From NCBI GenBank assembly GCA_977020255.1, contig CDROCS010001101.1:248001-312000 (forward strand): a stretch of DNA of 64,000 nucleotides. The letters are read 5' to 3'. Below the pieces are notes generated by a model. The model saw nothing but the letters and a program-made list of their open reading frames with translations. It did not search any database and was not told the origin of the DNA. Positions 20,807-30,256 of the stretch are shown here, one piece after another. This DNA comes from Obrimoposthia wandeli. Lineage: Eukaryota. Within the stretch, counting starts at the first letter, position 1; each line of letters begins with the position of its first letter. A program made the translations under genes and the position numbers.

Positions 20807-21358
20807 ATGGAAAGTAATACGTTGTTAATAAATGTCACTGCATCACTTGTAATGCTAAGTATTACTTTATATTTTGACCTACGTTATCAACGAATTCCAA
20901 ACAAATTATGCCTGATAGCATTATTGTTAGGATTAATCATCCACACTTTATTTAATGGCCTATCTGGGTTGGCTCAAGCACTATCTGGCGCAGCATTAGC
21001 GCTTGTTGTTTTACTTCCAGCCTTCGCCTTTCGCCTTCTAGGTGCTGGCGACGTCAAAATAATGATCGCTATAGGTGCTCTCTCAGGCCCACTCATTATT
21101 ATTTGGTCCATTGCATATGCGATAGTTTTTGGTGTATTTACCAGTGTATTAATCGCGATAAAAAAGGTAGGCCTCAAAGGGTTAAAATTAACATTTTATC
21201 GCTATACCGTTTGCCTATACTCTGGAAAGTACTTTAAGCCTGAAGAAGGTGATATGGGCGCAGTAAAAGTACCCTATGCGCCAGCATTAATGCTCGGTTG
21301 GTTACTTGCCTGCTATTTAGACCCCGACATCAATAGCGCACTAAACTCTTTTATATAA
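20807..21358 (+). CDS. tadV: Prepilin peptidase TadV/CpaA (A24 family)
   Basis: FDLRYQRIPN and LGAGDVK carry the two catalytic Asp; follows flp. Confidence 0.92.
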   Translation: MESNTLLINVTASLVMLSITLYFDLRYQRIPNKLCLIALLLGLIIHTLFNGLSGLAQALSGAALALVVLLPAFAFRLLGAGDVKIMIAIGALSGPLIIIWSIAYAIVFGVFTSVLIAIKKVGLKGLKLTFYRYTVCLYSGKYFKPEEGDMGAVKVPYAPALMLGWLLACYLDPDINSALNSFI

Positions 21359-21394
21359 AAATGATTCATCTGTTTAAATCATATAGGCATTGCC

Positions 21395-22747
21395 ATGACC
21401 GCTATATCCGCAGATACAAACAACAACCAAAATGTGTCCACCTCAATAGAATGTGCCAACTTAATATCACAGATACCTGACCGGTTAGCCCGACGCCCAA
21501 CTACAATTGAAGAAACAGGTCTCTCGACTCAACTCCTTATCCAGCTGTTAATAAAACATATACAAGTATTGAACGTAGTAACGATTAGAGACCTCTCGAC
21601 GGTGTTAGCATTGAGTGGAGGCATAGTTCAATCGTTAATCGATATAGCCAAAGATTTATCTTGGATAGAGAACAGGCAAAGTGCTAAAAGTGGTCAAATG
21701 CGTTATGCACTATCTAATATAGGAACAAATGAGGCGGAATTAGCATTCTCTCACAGTGGTTATGTCGGTCCAGCACCAGTGCCCCTAGCTCAATACGTCA
21801 ATATTGTCACTCAGCAAACCAGTAGACATACTCAAATAACCAAAATACGCATGCAAGCAAAATTTAAAGATTTAATGTTTTCTGATGAATTAACAAATGC
21901 TATCGGTCCAGCATTAAATTCATCAAAGCCAATATTAATATATGGAAAACCAGGTGTAGGTAAAAGTTACCTCTGTCGCCATTTAAATAAATTATTTGAG
22001 GATGATGTGTTAATACCATCTGCGATTGAAATTCATAATAACATAATCCAAATTTATGACCCTCAAGTACACGCCCTTGCAGACTGCACAATGAACGATG
22101 ATGCTGAAAATGCACAATTCAATCTAGCCCAAGGCTATGATCCCCGTTGGTACCTATGCCGTCGTCCCCTGCTGGTGACTGGTGGTGAGCTCACCGAATC
22201 AATGCTAGAAGTAAACTTCGATCCAACAAGTAAAACCTACAAAGCACCTCTGCAAATAAAAGCTAATAATGGGATTTTATTACTCGATGATCTTGGTCGG
22301 CAAAAAATTACGCCAGTGGCATTATTCAACCGCTGGATTATTCCATTAGAAGAGCGTCGAGACTTTTTATCGTTACCTAACGGCGTCCATTTTGAAATAC
22401 CATTTGAGCTTATATTATTATTCTCAACAAATTTAGAACCTGCAGCCCTTGTTGATGATGCATTCTTACGCCGTCTTGGTTATAAAATTGAATTTAACCC
22501 ACTTGTACTACATGACTACCAAACTCTGTGGTTTAACGTTTGCTCTGAGCTCAAATTAACCTGTACAGCTGAAACATTTAATTATCTTATTAAGAGCTAT
22601 CACTTGGCCACAAACAAGCCATTTCTACCCTGTTTCCCCAGGGATTTATTAAGTATTGTCAGTGATCAAATCAAGTTTAACGAACTTAAACCTGCTGTCG
22701 ATAATCAATTAATCGATACAGCTTGGAAACATTATTTTGTTAATTGA
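21395..22747 (+). CDS. Uncharacterised AAA+ family ATPase associated with Flp pilus loci
   Basis: Walker A GKPGVGKS; Walker B LLLDD; FSTNL sensor; DDAFLRRL arginine-finger-like motif. Confidence 0.8.
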   Translation: MTAISADTNNNQNVSTSIECANLISQIPDRLARRPTTIEETGLSTQLLIQLLIKHIQVLNVVTIRDLSTVLALSGGIVQSLIDIAKDLSWIENRQSAKSGQMRYALSNIGTNEAELAFSHSGYVGPAPVPLAQYVNIVTQQTSRHTQITKIRMQAKFKDLMFSDELTNAIGPALNSSKPILIYGKPGVGKSYLCRHLNKLFEDDVLIPSAIEIHNNIIQIYDPQVHALADCTMNDDAENAQFNLAQGYDPRWYLCRRPLLVTGGELTESMLEVNFDPTSKTYKAPLQIKANNGILLLDDLGRQKITPVALFNRWIIPLEERRDFLSLPNGVHFEIPFELILLFSTNLEPAALVDDAFLRRLGYKIEFNPLVLHDYQTLWFNVCSELKLTCTAETFNYLIKSYHLATNKPFLPCFPRDLLSIVSDQIKFNELKPAVDNQLIDTAWKHYFVN

Positions 22748-22780
22748 ATCCACTAAATCTATCAGATAGGTAGGTATCAA

Positions 22781-23590
22781 ATGAATAAAAAAACACTACT
22801 CTCTATCTTGTTATCTGCCGTATTTGGTATCGGCGCAATAATGGTTGCACGTAATTGGTTAGAGGTTAATAAACCAGAAGCTGCAGAAAATGAAGTCTAT
22901 GTGGCGATTGCAACGATGGACTTAAACATAGGAACAGAAATTGATTCAAAGCATATAGTATTAAAAGCTATCCCGAAATCACTAGCAACTAAAAGTACTA
23001 TTGAAAATAGGGAAGATATATTAGGCATGATAGCGAAAGATCCAATATACAAAGGCGATCTAATTCGCAAAGAGCGCTTATTTGTCAAAGGTGAAGGTAG
23101 TACATTAGCCAGTTTAATTACAACTAATATGCGGGCTATCAGCATTCGTGTTAATGATGTTGTCGGTGTTGCGGGTTTCCTATTACCTGGCAACAGAGTG
23201 GATATTCTAAGTACGATGGAAAGTAACGGTAAAATCACAACTGAAGTTGTTCTCGCAAATATCAAGATTTTAGCGATTGATCAACGTGCGGCACAAAGTG
23301 AAAACACACCACAATTAGTCAGAGCAGTTACCGTCGAGGTACGTTTAGACCAAGCAGAATCACTACTAACAGCAAAAAGCCAAGGCAGTTTACAGTTAGC
23401 GCTTCGTAATCCAATTGATAATAATATGACAGTAAACAAAGCTCCAGTATTAGCCAAACAGCCTATCGATACTGTCACTAAGCCTATAAAAAAAGTACAA
23501 CCGCTTCGAGTACGTAGTACACAATCAAATAATAAAAAAGTTGAGATAATCCGTGGGACAGAGCAAGAATCTGTTCAACTTAAGATCTAA
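22781..23590 (+). CDS. rcpC: Flp pilus assembly protein RcpC/CpaB
   Basis: N-terminal TM; SAF domain; MRAISIRVNDVVGVAGFLLPGNRVDIL. Confidence 0.93.
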   Translation: MNKKTLLSILLSAVFGIGAIMVARNWLEVNKPEAAENEVYVAIATMDLNIGTEIDSKHIVLKAIPKSLATKSTIENREDILGMIAKDPIYKGDLIRKERLFVKGEGSTLASLITTNMRAISIRVNDVVGVAGFLLPGNRVDILSTMESNGKITTEVVLANIKILAIDQRAAQSENTPQLVRAVTVEVRLDQAESLLTAKSQGSLQLALRNPIDNNMTVNKAPVLAKQPIDTVTKPIKKVQPLRVRSTQSNNKKVEIIRGTEQESVQLKI

Positions 23591-23607
23591 TGGTAAGCCC
23601 TAAGTAG

Positions 23608-25074
23608 GTGACGAATATGATGGTATTTATCCCAGATATAAATTTATATTTTAAACGGTTAAAGTGTCTTTCACTATGTCTAGTATTTTGTTTATCTACC
23701 AGCAACGCTTTTGCAGGCGGACCAACTGCGTTAGATGATGATAGTGTTAAAATACCTATTTTCAAATCTAAAAATTTGAAAACAAAACAGCCAATACACC
23801 GAGTTTCTGTTGGTAACCCCGCAATAGCAGATATATTAATATTGCGTAGTAGCGAGCTATACATTGTCGGTAAACAGCTTGGCACTACTAATGTAATGAT
23901 TTGGGATGAAGAGGACAATTTAGTTGATGTAATGAACTTAGAAGTCACACATGATCTTAACAGTCTAAGAAAACGCTTACATCAATTCTTACCTAATGAA
24001 GAAATAGGCGTACAAACATCCCAAGGACAACTGCTAGTGAGTGGCCAATCTACTTCATTATCAAAAATGAATACTGCAATTCAACTCGCGCAAGGCTATG
24101 CAACAGCAGCAACAACAACTAAAAATAAAAGTGTTGTGATTAACATGATATCGATTGGCGGTGGACAACAAGTCATGCTTGAAGTAACCGTTGCTGAAGT
24201 AAGTACCGAAGTAGCGCGTAATTTAGACGCAAATACATTGCTCGCATTTACCGGTTCAGACTTTACAGGGGGGGCGATCTCAGGTAACTCAGGTATTTTC
24301 CCATCTATAGATTCAGGGATATTCGCCAGTTATTTAAGTGGTGACATGCTATTTAACTTTACCCTCGATATCGCTAAAAGTAATGGTTTAGCAAAAATAT
24401 TAGCCGAACCAAATATCACAGCATTAAGTGGCCAAAAGGCGGAGTTTTTATCCGGTGGTGAATTTCCGATTCCAGTACCAAGTGAAGATGGAACAACAAT
24501 TGAATACAGAGATTTCGGTGTCGGGGTAAGTTTCGTCCCAACGATCCTCGATTCAGGGAAAATCAACCTCAGTTTAAAAGTCCTTGTAAGTGAAATAAGT
24601 AACGTTAATAGCCTAGGAGTCTCACCAATCGGGTCCTCTGCAGCCATTATAGTGCCTTCCTTGATTAAACGTTCAGCAGAAACCACCATTGAACTTGCTG
24701 ATGGTCAATCAATCGCTATTGGCGGATTACTTAGTGACAACTTGAGAGACTCGGTATCTAAAGTGCCTGGTTTAGGCGATATCCCTATTCTTGGCCAGCT
24801 GTTTAGTAGCCATGAATACATTAGCGGTCAAACTGAGTTAGTCATTATGGTAACACCCAGGTTAGTACGCCCATTTAATAAAGAAGGCGTCCCATTACCT
24901 ACCGATGGTTTTGTGCCTGTATCTGACATGGAATTCTACTTACTTGGTAAAATGACCGATCAAGAAAGCGCTAAAAATAATACATCTCCGAATGAAAAAG
25001 ATGACTCTAACAGTTCGACTATTACACCGAATACAGGTGGTACAGAACAACAGTATGGTCATCAGTTAAATTAA
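23608..25074 (+). CDS. rcpA: Tad secretin RcpA/CpaC
   Basis: GNPAIADI; QQVMLEVTVAEV; AEPNITALSGQKAEFLSGGEFP; KVPGLGDIPILGQLF; start position uncertain. Confidence 0.94.
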   Translation: MTNMMVFIPDINLYFKRLKCLSLCLVFCLSTSNAFAGGPTALDDDSVKIPIFKSKNLKTKQPIHRVSVGNPAIADILILRSSELYIVGKQLGTTNVMIWDEEDNLVDVMNLEVTHDLNSLRKRLHQFLPNEEIGVQTSQGQLLVSGQSTSLSKMNTAIQLAQGYATAATTTKNKSVVINMISIGGGQQVMLEVTVAEVSTEVARNLDANTLLAFTGSDFTGGAISGNSGIFPSIDSGIFASYLSGDMLFNFTLDIAKSNGLAKILAEPNITALSGQKAEFLSGGEFPIPVPSEDGTTIEYRDFGVGVSFVPTILDSGKINLSLKVLVSEISNVNSLGVSPIGSSAAIIVPSLIKRSAETTIELADGQSIAIGGLLSDNLRDSVSKVPGLGDIPILGQLFSSHEYISGQTELVIMVTPRLVRPFNKEGVPLPTDGFVPVSDMEFYLLGKMTDQESAKNNTSPNEKDDSNSSTITPNTGGTEQQYGHQLN

Positions 25075-25083
25075 GGAAATAGC

Positions 25084-25341
25084 ATGAAACACATTAGCCT
25101 TGTACTTATATTAGCGCCACTATTTGTCGCATGTAACCAAGTACCCGATTATCAATTATCTGCATCGACATTACACATTCAAGAACTTCAGATATTAGAT
25201 CCACAAGCCCCTGTATCAAATGATGGTCTTGTGAGTGATATATCTGGTGTGTATGGCGAAAACATAATCCAGAGCTACCAGCGCAGTACATATGACGCTA
25301 AGACAGCTCGTGATATTGAACATGCAGAACAGACTGAATAG
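25084..25341 (+). CDS. Small lipoprotein of unknown function in the tad operon
   Basis: 85 aa; lipobox FVAC; AAGGA RBS; 9-nt gap after rcpA and 8-nt gap before tadG. Confidence 0.75.
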   Translation: MKHISLVLILAPLFVACNQVPDYQLSASTLHIQELQILDPQAPVSNDGLVSDISGVYGENIIQSYQRSTYDAKTARDIEHAEQTE

Positions 25342-25349
25342 GTGCGAAT

Positions 25350-26651
25350 ATGATAGCTAATCGACATATTAATAACGGTACTAAACAACATGGTAATGTA
25401 TTAATCATGTTCACGGTTAGTCTATTTGCATTAGTAATTTTGGCCGCGTTAGTACTTGATGGCGGCCATATGTTATTAAATAAAGGCAAGATGCAAAACC
25501 TTGTTGATAGCGCGGCGCTGCATGCGGCGAAAGAAGTTGGAGATAACGCGACCCAAGATGAAGCAAGGCTAGCTGTAGTTAATATATTAAGACTTAATTT
25601 AGCACATTCAGATCAACACGAGCTATTAACTGAGATTGATATAACGAACGGAAATATTAATATAACAAGCAATTCGATAACAAATCAGCTTAAAGTCGAG
25701 TTTTCATTACGCCCTGATCCATTTGTTTCAAGTACAAGTTCAGACGCTGAATATGTCATGGTCACTTTATCTCAGGTTGTACTTAATAATTTTTTAGCCC
25801 AAGCGATAAGCTTCAACAAAGAAATATCGGCAACAGCTATGGCAGGCCCAAGTACACACCTCGAAGATTGCTTTGATGACCTTGTCCCTTTAGTCGTTTG
25901 CGCCACAGATACCAGTGACACTATCGATTATGGATTTACAAAAGGTGATTTGCATGTGATGAAAATGGGGTCAAAAGGTTCATCCCCTATTGGCCCTGGT
26001 AACTTCCAACTAATTCGTTTGGATGGCGCCAGTGGTGCTGATGATATAAGAAAAGCCCTAGCTGGGGAAGTGGACGGTGAGTCTTGTTTTTCTTTAGGAG
26101 AAAATAACGGTTCTGTGCCCACAGAACCGGGTAATAAAGTAGGCCCTGTATCTGACGGCCTGAATACGCGTATGGGTCAGTGGCCTAATGGAAATAAAAT
26201 CAATGAGGATGATCATCCTAGAGATGTTGATACCTGCGAAGGGCCTCATATCGAATTAGACTCCGCTGGAACAGGGCTCGAGGCAGATGCAGAGACCAAG
26301 CGTTATAGCTATGAAACTTATAGTGAAAATAACAGTTATTGCCATAGTCCAGCAACTGGTATGGGAGGCTCTATAAACGATAGCAGTCCCGCTCTCATAG
26401 ATCGAAGAGTGTTAAATGTAGTGATTGGTAGTTGTACTGGGGAAACAAACGGTCAAAACAATTTAGATTATTTAGGAGTGGCCTGTTTTTTCCTAACTCA
26501 GACGACAGAGCATACAGGGAAAGGATCATATGTTGTTGGTGAATTTATTGAAAATTGCGCAGCAGAAGGAGCCCCCTCAGGAGACCCTGTTGATGAAGAC
26601 GGTTTATTCAAATACGTTTTATATCATGTTAATGGCAGCACCGATTCTTGA
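25350..26651 (+). CDS. tadG: TadG family pilus assembly protein (pilin-like adhesin)
   Basis: QHG|NVLIMF pilin-like N-terminus; LVLDGG...MQNLVDSAALHAA Tad_N motif. Confidence 0.85.
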   Translation: MIANRHINNGTKQHGNVLIMFTVSLFALVILAALVLDGGHMLLNKGKMQNLVDSAALHAAKEVGDNATQDEARLAVVNILRLNLAHSDQHELLTEIDITNGNINITSNSITNQLKVEFSLRPDPFVSSTSSDAEYVMVTLSQVVLNNFLAQAISFNKEISATAMAGPSTHLEDCFDDLVPLVVCATDTSDTIDYGFTKGDLHVMKMGSKGSSPIGPGNFQLIRLDGASGADDIRKALAGEVDGESCFSLGENNGSVPTEPGNKVGPVSDGLNTRMGQWPNGNKINEDDHPRDVDTCEGPHIELDSAGTGLEADAETKRYSYETYSENNSYCHSPATGMGGSINDSSPALIDRRVLNVVIGSCTGETNGQNNLDYLGVACFFLTQTTEHTGKGSYVVGEFIENCAAEGAPSGDPVDEDGLFKYVLYHVNGSTDS

Positions 26652-26660
26652 GGATACACG

Positions 26661-27116
26661 ATGAAAGCGCACATAAAACATAAAAATAAACAAACGGGTT
26701 TAGCTATCGTTGAGTTCACGATCATCGTGCCTTTTTTACTGCTTCTCATATTTGCTACAGCAGAATTTGGGCGCCTACTTTATCAATATACAGCGCTAAA
26801 CAACACTATTCGTAACGCAAATCGTTATTTAATGACTAATGCAAGGCTAGCTACAGGGGTTGTTTCTATCTCTGCTGATGTTGAGGTAGATATCGAAAAG
26901 CTCATTGTTTATGGTAATTTGACATCAACAACAGAGTTATTACCTAACTTATCAGCCAGTGATATAACAATTACAACAAGCGGAGATTTCGTCACACTCA
27001 ATGTTTCCTATCCTTGGCAGCCGATCTTTGCAACTTCGCTTTCAACATTTGGCTTTGGCAACGACATAGATTTGACTTTCCCATTAATATCGACTTATAC
27101 AATGAGGGCTTTATGA
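26661..27116 (+). CDS. tadE: TadE family minor pilin
   Basis: QTG|LAIVEF motif. Confidence 0.88.
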   Translation: MKAHIKHKNKQTGLAIVEFTIIVPFLLLLIFATAEFGRLLYQYTALNNTIRNANRYLMTNARLATGVVSISADVEVDIEKLIVYGNLTSTTELLPNLSASDITITTSGDFVTLNVSYPWQPIFATSLSTFGFGNDIDLTFPLISTYTMRAL

Positions 27117-27610
27117 ATACGAAACAATATGCCCAACATAAAAAAAGAAACACTCAACGTGGTATATATGCTGTTGAATTCGCGATTGTCGGCAGTTTAT
27201 TTTTTCTATTATTATTCGCGGTTTTAGAAATAGCACGTTTATTTTTCACTTGGAATGTGCTTACAGAAGTCACCAGACGAAGCGCTAGATTAGCCGTTGT
27301 GTGTGACTTAGACCAAACTAATATCGCCTCTCATACGGAGATGATGAATGCAGCATTGTTTAATAACAACCCACTTATAACAAATTTAACCACAGCCAAT
27401 ATACAAGTTGAATATCTTGGCCTAACAGGCCTACCTGCAACGACTTTCAGTACGATACGTTATGTAAGAGCAAATATAATTAATTATCAGCATCAACTAT
27501 TACTTCCCGGTCTATCCTTTACATTAAGCTCCCCCACTTTTTCTACAACACTCCCAAGAGAAAGCCTAGGAGTTACAAGATTTGGATTAACTCAATGCAG
27601 CCCAGTGTAA
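27113..27610 (+). CDS. tadF: TadE/TadF family minor pilin
   Basis: QRG|IYAVEF motif; start at ATG 27113 overlaps the tadE stop (ATGA). Confidence 0.82.
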   Translation: MNTKQYAQHKKRNTQRGIYAVEFAIVGSLFFLLLFAVLEIARLFFTWNVLTEVTRRSARLAVVCDLDQTNIASHTEMMNAALFNNNPLITNLTTANIQVEYLGLTGLPATTFSTIRYVRANIINYQHQLLLPGLSFTLSSPTFSTTLPRESLGVTRFGLTQCSPV

Positions 27611-27685
27611 TCAATGTAGCCGTGTTTAAACCTAACTTAATTATTTCGTTTAAGTTGTCGTTGATATTTAAAAAAGGAATCTAAC

Positions 27686-28918
27686 ATGAACAAGCCAAGT
27701 TCAAATAACATCCTTGGATTTGATAAAACATTACCTTGTCATGATCAGGCCGCATCTCAGCCAATGATATTACCTTATCCTTTAAGCGCGTTAATTATTT
27801 GCCACAATACAAGCATTGAGCTTGAACTAAAAAATTATAGCGCGCTAATATCTAACTTCGATGTCACATTTTCAGTTTCATTACCTGATAGTTTAAACAG
27901 CTTCAATCTCATTATATTAGTTGTTGTCAAAGATAATGATGTGACCAAACAAATAATTGAAAAAATTTCTGCTAATGATATAAAATTTATCATACTTGCC
28001 GACAATATTAAAAATGATCTGCTTAGAGTGGCTATTAATTACCATGTAGAGGACATGATTTCGATCGCTGATACCGAAAAGGAACTCTATTTATCTTTAT
28101 TAAAAACAGCAAATGAGCTAATAAAAACAAGTAAAATAGCACCTGTATTTACCATTATTAATGGTAAACCAGGATCAGGAGCAAGCTTTATTACTAGTTG
28201 CCTAGCTGAGCTCAGTGCTAATTTAAGTACAGAAGAAATAGCAGTTATAGATGCTGATCTAAACTACGGAACGCTGGCTGATACGTTTAATTTCGAACCG
28301 AATTACTTTATCACTGATGCTCTATCCGACTTAGACCAGTTAGATAGCACCGCGATTAGCGCAATAATGTCAAAACGAGGAAACCTAGGCTTACTGCCCA
28401 GCAAACCCTTTACCTTATTAAATTCAGATATAGGTGCCCTAGACCAACTCCCCCAACTAATATGGAAAATAAAATTAAATCATGATTTAGTATTAATTGA
28501 TTTATCTCGAGGCCTTGAGCCTTATGCAATACCGATCATTAATTTATCAGATAACATCATTATTACTGTGCAACAGAATATCCTCAGCCTACGTGAAGCC
28601 AAAATACTCATACAACAATTAACAATGAACCTCGGGATCCCAATCAACAAACTACACATTATCGTCAACCGATTTTCAAATAAAAACAACAATATTTCAA
28701 TCAATGATATTAAGAAAGTACTCGATATAGATAGCCTATTCATTGTGAGCAATAACTATGAATTAGCAAATGAAGGGATAAATTCAGGATCACCTCTTTT
28801 AAAAGTCGCCAATCACAAAGTAATTAAAGCTGAAATATCAAACATAATAAGAGAAATTTTCCCGCTCAATCTTCCTGGCAAAGAGCAATCAATACTTTCT
28901 AAAATATTTAGGAGATAA
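27686..28918 (+). CDS. tadZ: TadZ/CpaE MinD-like localisation ATPase
   Basis: Degenerate receiver-like N-terminus; deviant P-loop NGKPGSGAS; IDADLNYG; IIVNR. Confidence 0.88.
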   Translation: MNKPSSNNILGFDKTLPCHDQAASQPMILPYPLSALIICHNTSIELELKNYSALISNFDVTFSVSLPDSLNSFNLIILVVVKDNDVTKQIIEKISANDIKFIILADNIKNDLLRVAINYHVEDMISIADTEKELYLSLLKTANELIKTSKIAPVFTIINGKPGSGASFITSCLAELSANLSTEEIAVIDADLNYGTLADTFNFEPNYFITDALSDLDQLDSTAISAIMSKRGNLGLLPSKPFTLLNSDIGALDQLPQLIWKIKLNHDLVLIDLSRGLEPYAIPIINLSDNIIITVQQNILSLREAKILIQQLTMNLGIPINKLHIIVNRFSNKNNNISINDIKKVLDIDSLFIVSNNYELANEGINSGSPLLKVANHKVIKAEISNIIREIFPLNLPGKEQSILSKIFRR

Positions 28919-28920
28919 TA

Positions 28921-30246
28921 ATGGAATTTGTCAGCAACAATCATAATGACCCTTTTTCAATGCTCACTAGTATTGATATGGAGACGAAGCAAGAGATCTT
29001 CAGTCAACTCCTTACTCAACTTGACTTATCGGTACTCGAAACGTTAGATCACGATGTAGCAAAACAAAAAATTGAAGAGTCCTGCTACTTATTTTTAAAT
29101 AAACAAACTAGACCTATAAATTTAAATATTAGAAACATTTTAATTAAATTAATTACGGATGAAATACTTGGTTTAGGCCCCTTAGAAACACTACTCGAAG
29201 ATCCAAGTATTGCCGATATATTAGTCAACAGATACGACCGTATTTTTGTTGAACGTAACGGAAAACTCGAACAAGTCGCCGTTCAATTTCATGATGATAA
29301 GCACTTGCTCAGTATCATTGATCGGATTGTATCTGGCGTAGGTCGACGAATTGATGAATCATCCCCCATGGTTGATGCTCGGCTAAAAGACGGCAGCCGA
29401 ATTAATGCAATCATCCCCCCACTTGCTTTAGATGGTCCTGCGCTGTCAATTCGTCGATTTACCGTTGATAAATTACAAGTAGAACAACTCATTGAATTCG
29501 ATTCGATTAGTAAAAACATGGCTGATTTAATCAATGCTGCTGTTGTCGGTAAACTCAACATTCTCATTTCCGGTGGTACAGGTAGCGGTAAAACAACACT
29601 ACTAAATATACTGTCAGGGTTTATCCCTAATGATGAAAGAATCATTACTATTGAAGATTCTGCAGAGCTTCAATTACAACAGACTCATACAGTAAGATTA
29701 GAAACTAGACCTGCAAACATTGAAGGTACAGGTGAAGTAAACCAACGTGATTTAGTCAAGAACTGCTTACGTATGCGTCCAGATCGGATTGTTATTGGTG
29801 AAATCCGCGGCAGTGAAGCGATTGATATGCTCGCGGCGATGAATACCGGCCATGAAGGTTCAATGACCACCTTACACGCTAACACTCCTCGAGATGGACT
29901 GGGAAGATTAGAAAATATGGTATGTATGGCAGGATTTGACATGCCAATTAAGAATATTAGAACTCAAATATCGTCAGCAATAAACCTTGTAGTACAGCTG
30001 CAACGCCAAGAAGATGGCAAACGACGAGTGACCAGTATTCAAGAAGTGACAGGTATGGAAGGCGACATGATTACCATGTCGGAAATATTCTGTTTTAGGC
30101 GTGAAGGTAGATCAGAGGATGGTTCAATCCGTGGTAAATTCATCGCGACAGGTGTGGTCCCAACATTTATCCATGACTTAAAATCCAAGGGAATCGATAT
30201 TCCACACAGTGTATTCACAACTGACTTGGCAAATAATGGGTTCTAG
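28921..30246 (+). CDS. tadA: Tad pilus motor ATPase TadA/CpaF
   Basis: GGTGSGKTT; TIEDSAEL; RMRPDRIVIGEIRG; MNTGHEGSMTTLHAN. Confidence 0.96.
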   Translation: MEFVSNNHNDPFSMLTSIDMETKQEIFSQLLTQLDLSVLETLDHDVAKQKIEESCYLFLNKQTRPINLNIRNILIKLITDEILGLGPLETLLEDPSIADILVNRYDRIFVERNGKLEQVAVQFHDDKHLLSIIDRIVSGVGRRIDESSPMVDARLKDGSRINAIIPPLALDGPALSIRRFTVDKLQVEQLIEFDSISKNMADLINAAVVGKLNILISGGTGSGKTTLLNILSGFIPNDERIITIEDSAELQLQQTHTVRLETRPANIEGTGEVNQRDLVKNCLRMRPDRIVIGEIRGSEAIDMLAAMNTGHEGSMTTLHANTPRDGLGRLENMVCMAGFDMPIKNIRTQISSAINLVVQLQRQEDGKRRVTSIQEVTGMEGDMITMSEIFCFRREGRSEDGSIRGKFIATGVVPTFIHDLKSKGIDIPHSVFTTDLANNGF

Positions 30247-30256
30247 GTGAGGATGT

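Larger units (their letters stand above)
20164..20905 (+). repeat. Tandem duplication (367-bp period) of the flp-tadV 5' unit
   Basis: Upstream TTTGTGAA(T/C)TTAAAG, flp and CCTCCTACTTAAGTCCCCCATGGAA... are repeated; both ATG pairs are exactly 367 bp apart. Confidence 0.9.

Noticed and set aside
27014-27112. Longer 198-aa start for tadF
   Set aside because: It overlaps tadE by about 100 nt; the ATGA-coupled start at 27113 gives a normal prepilin leader.
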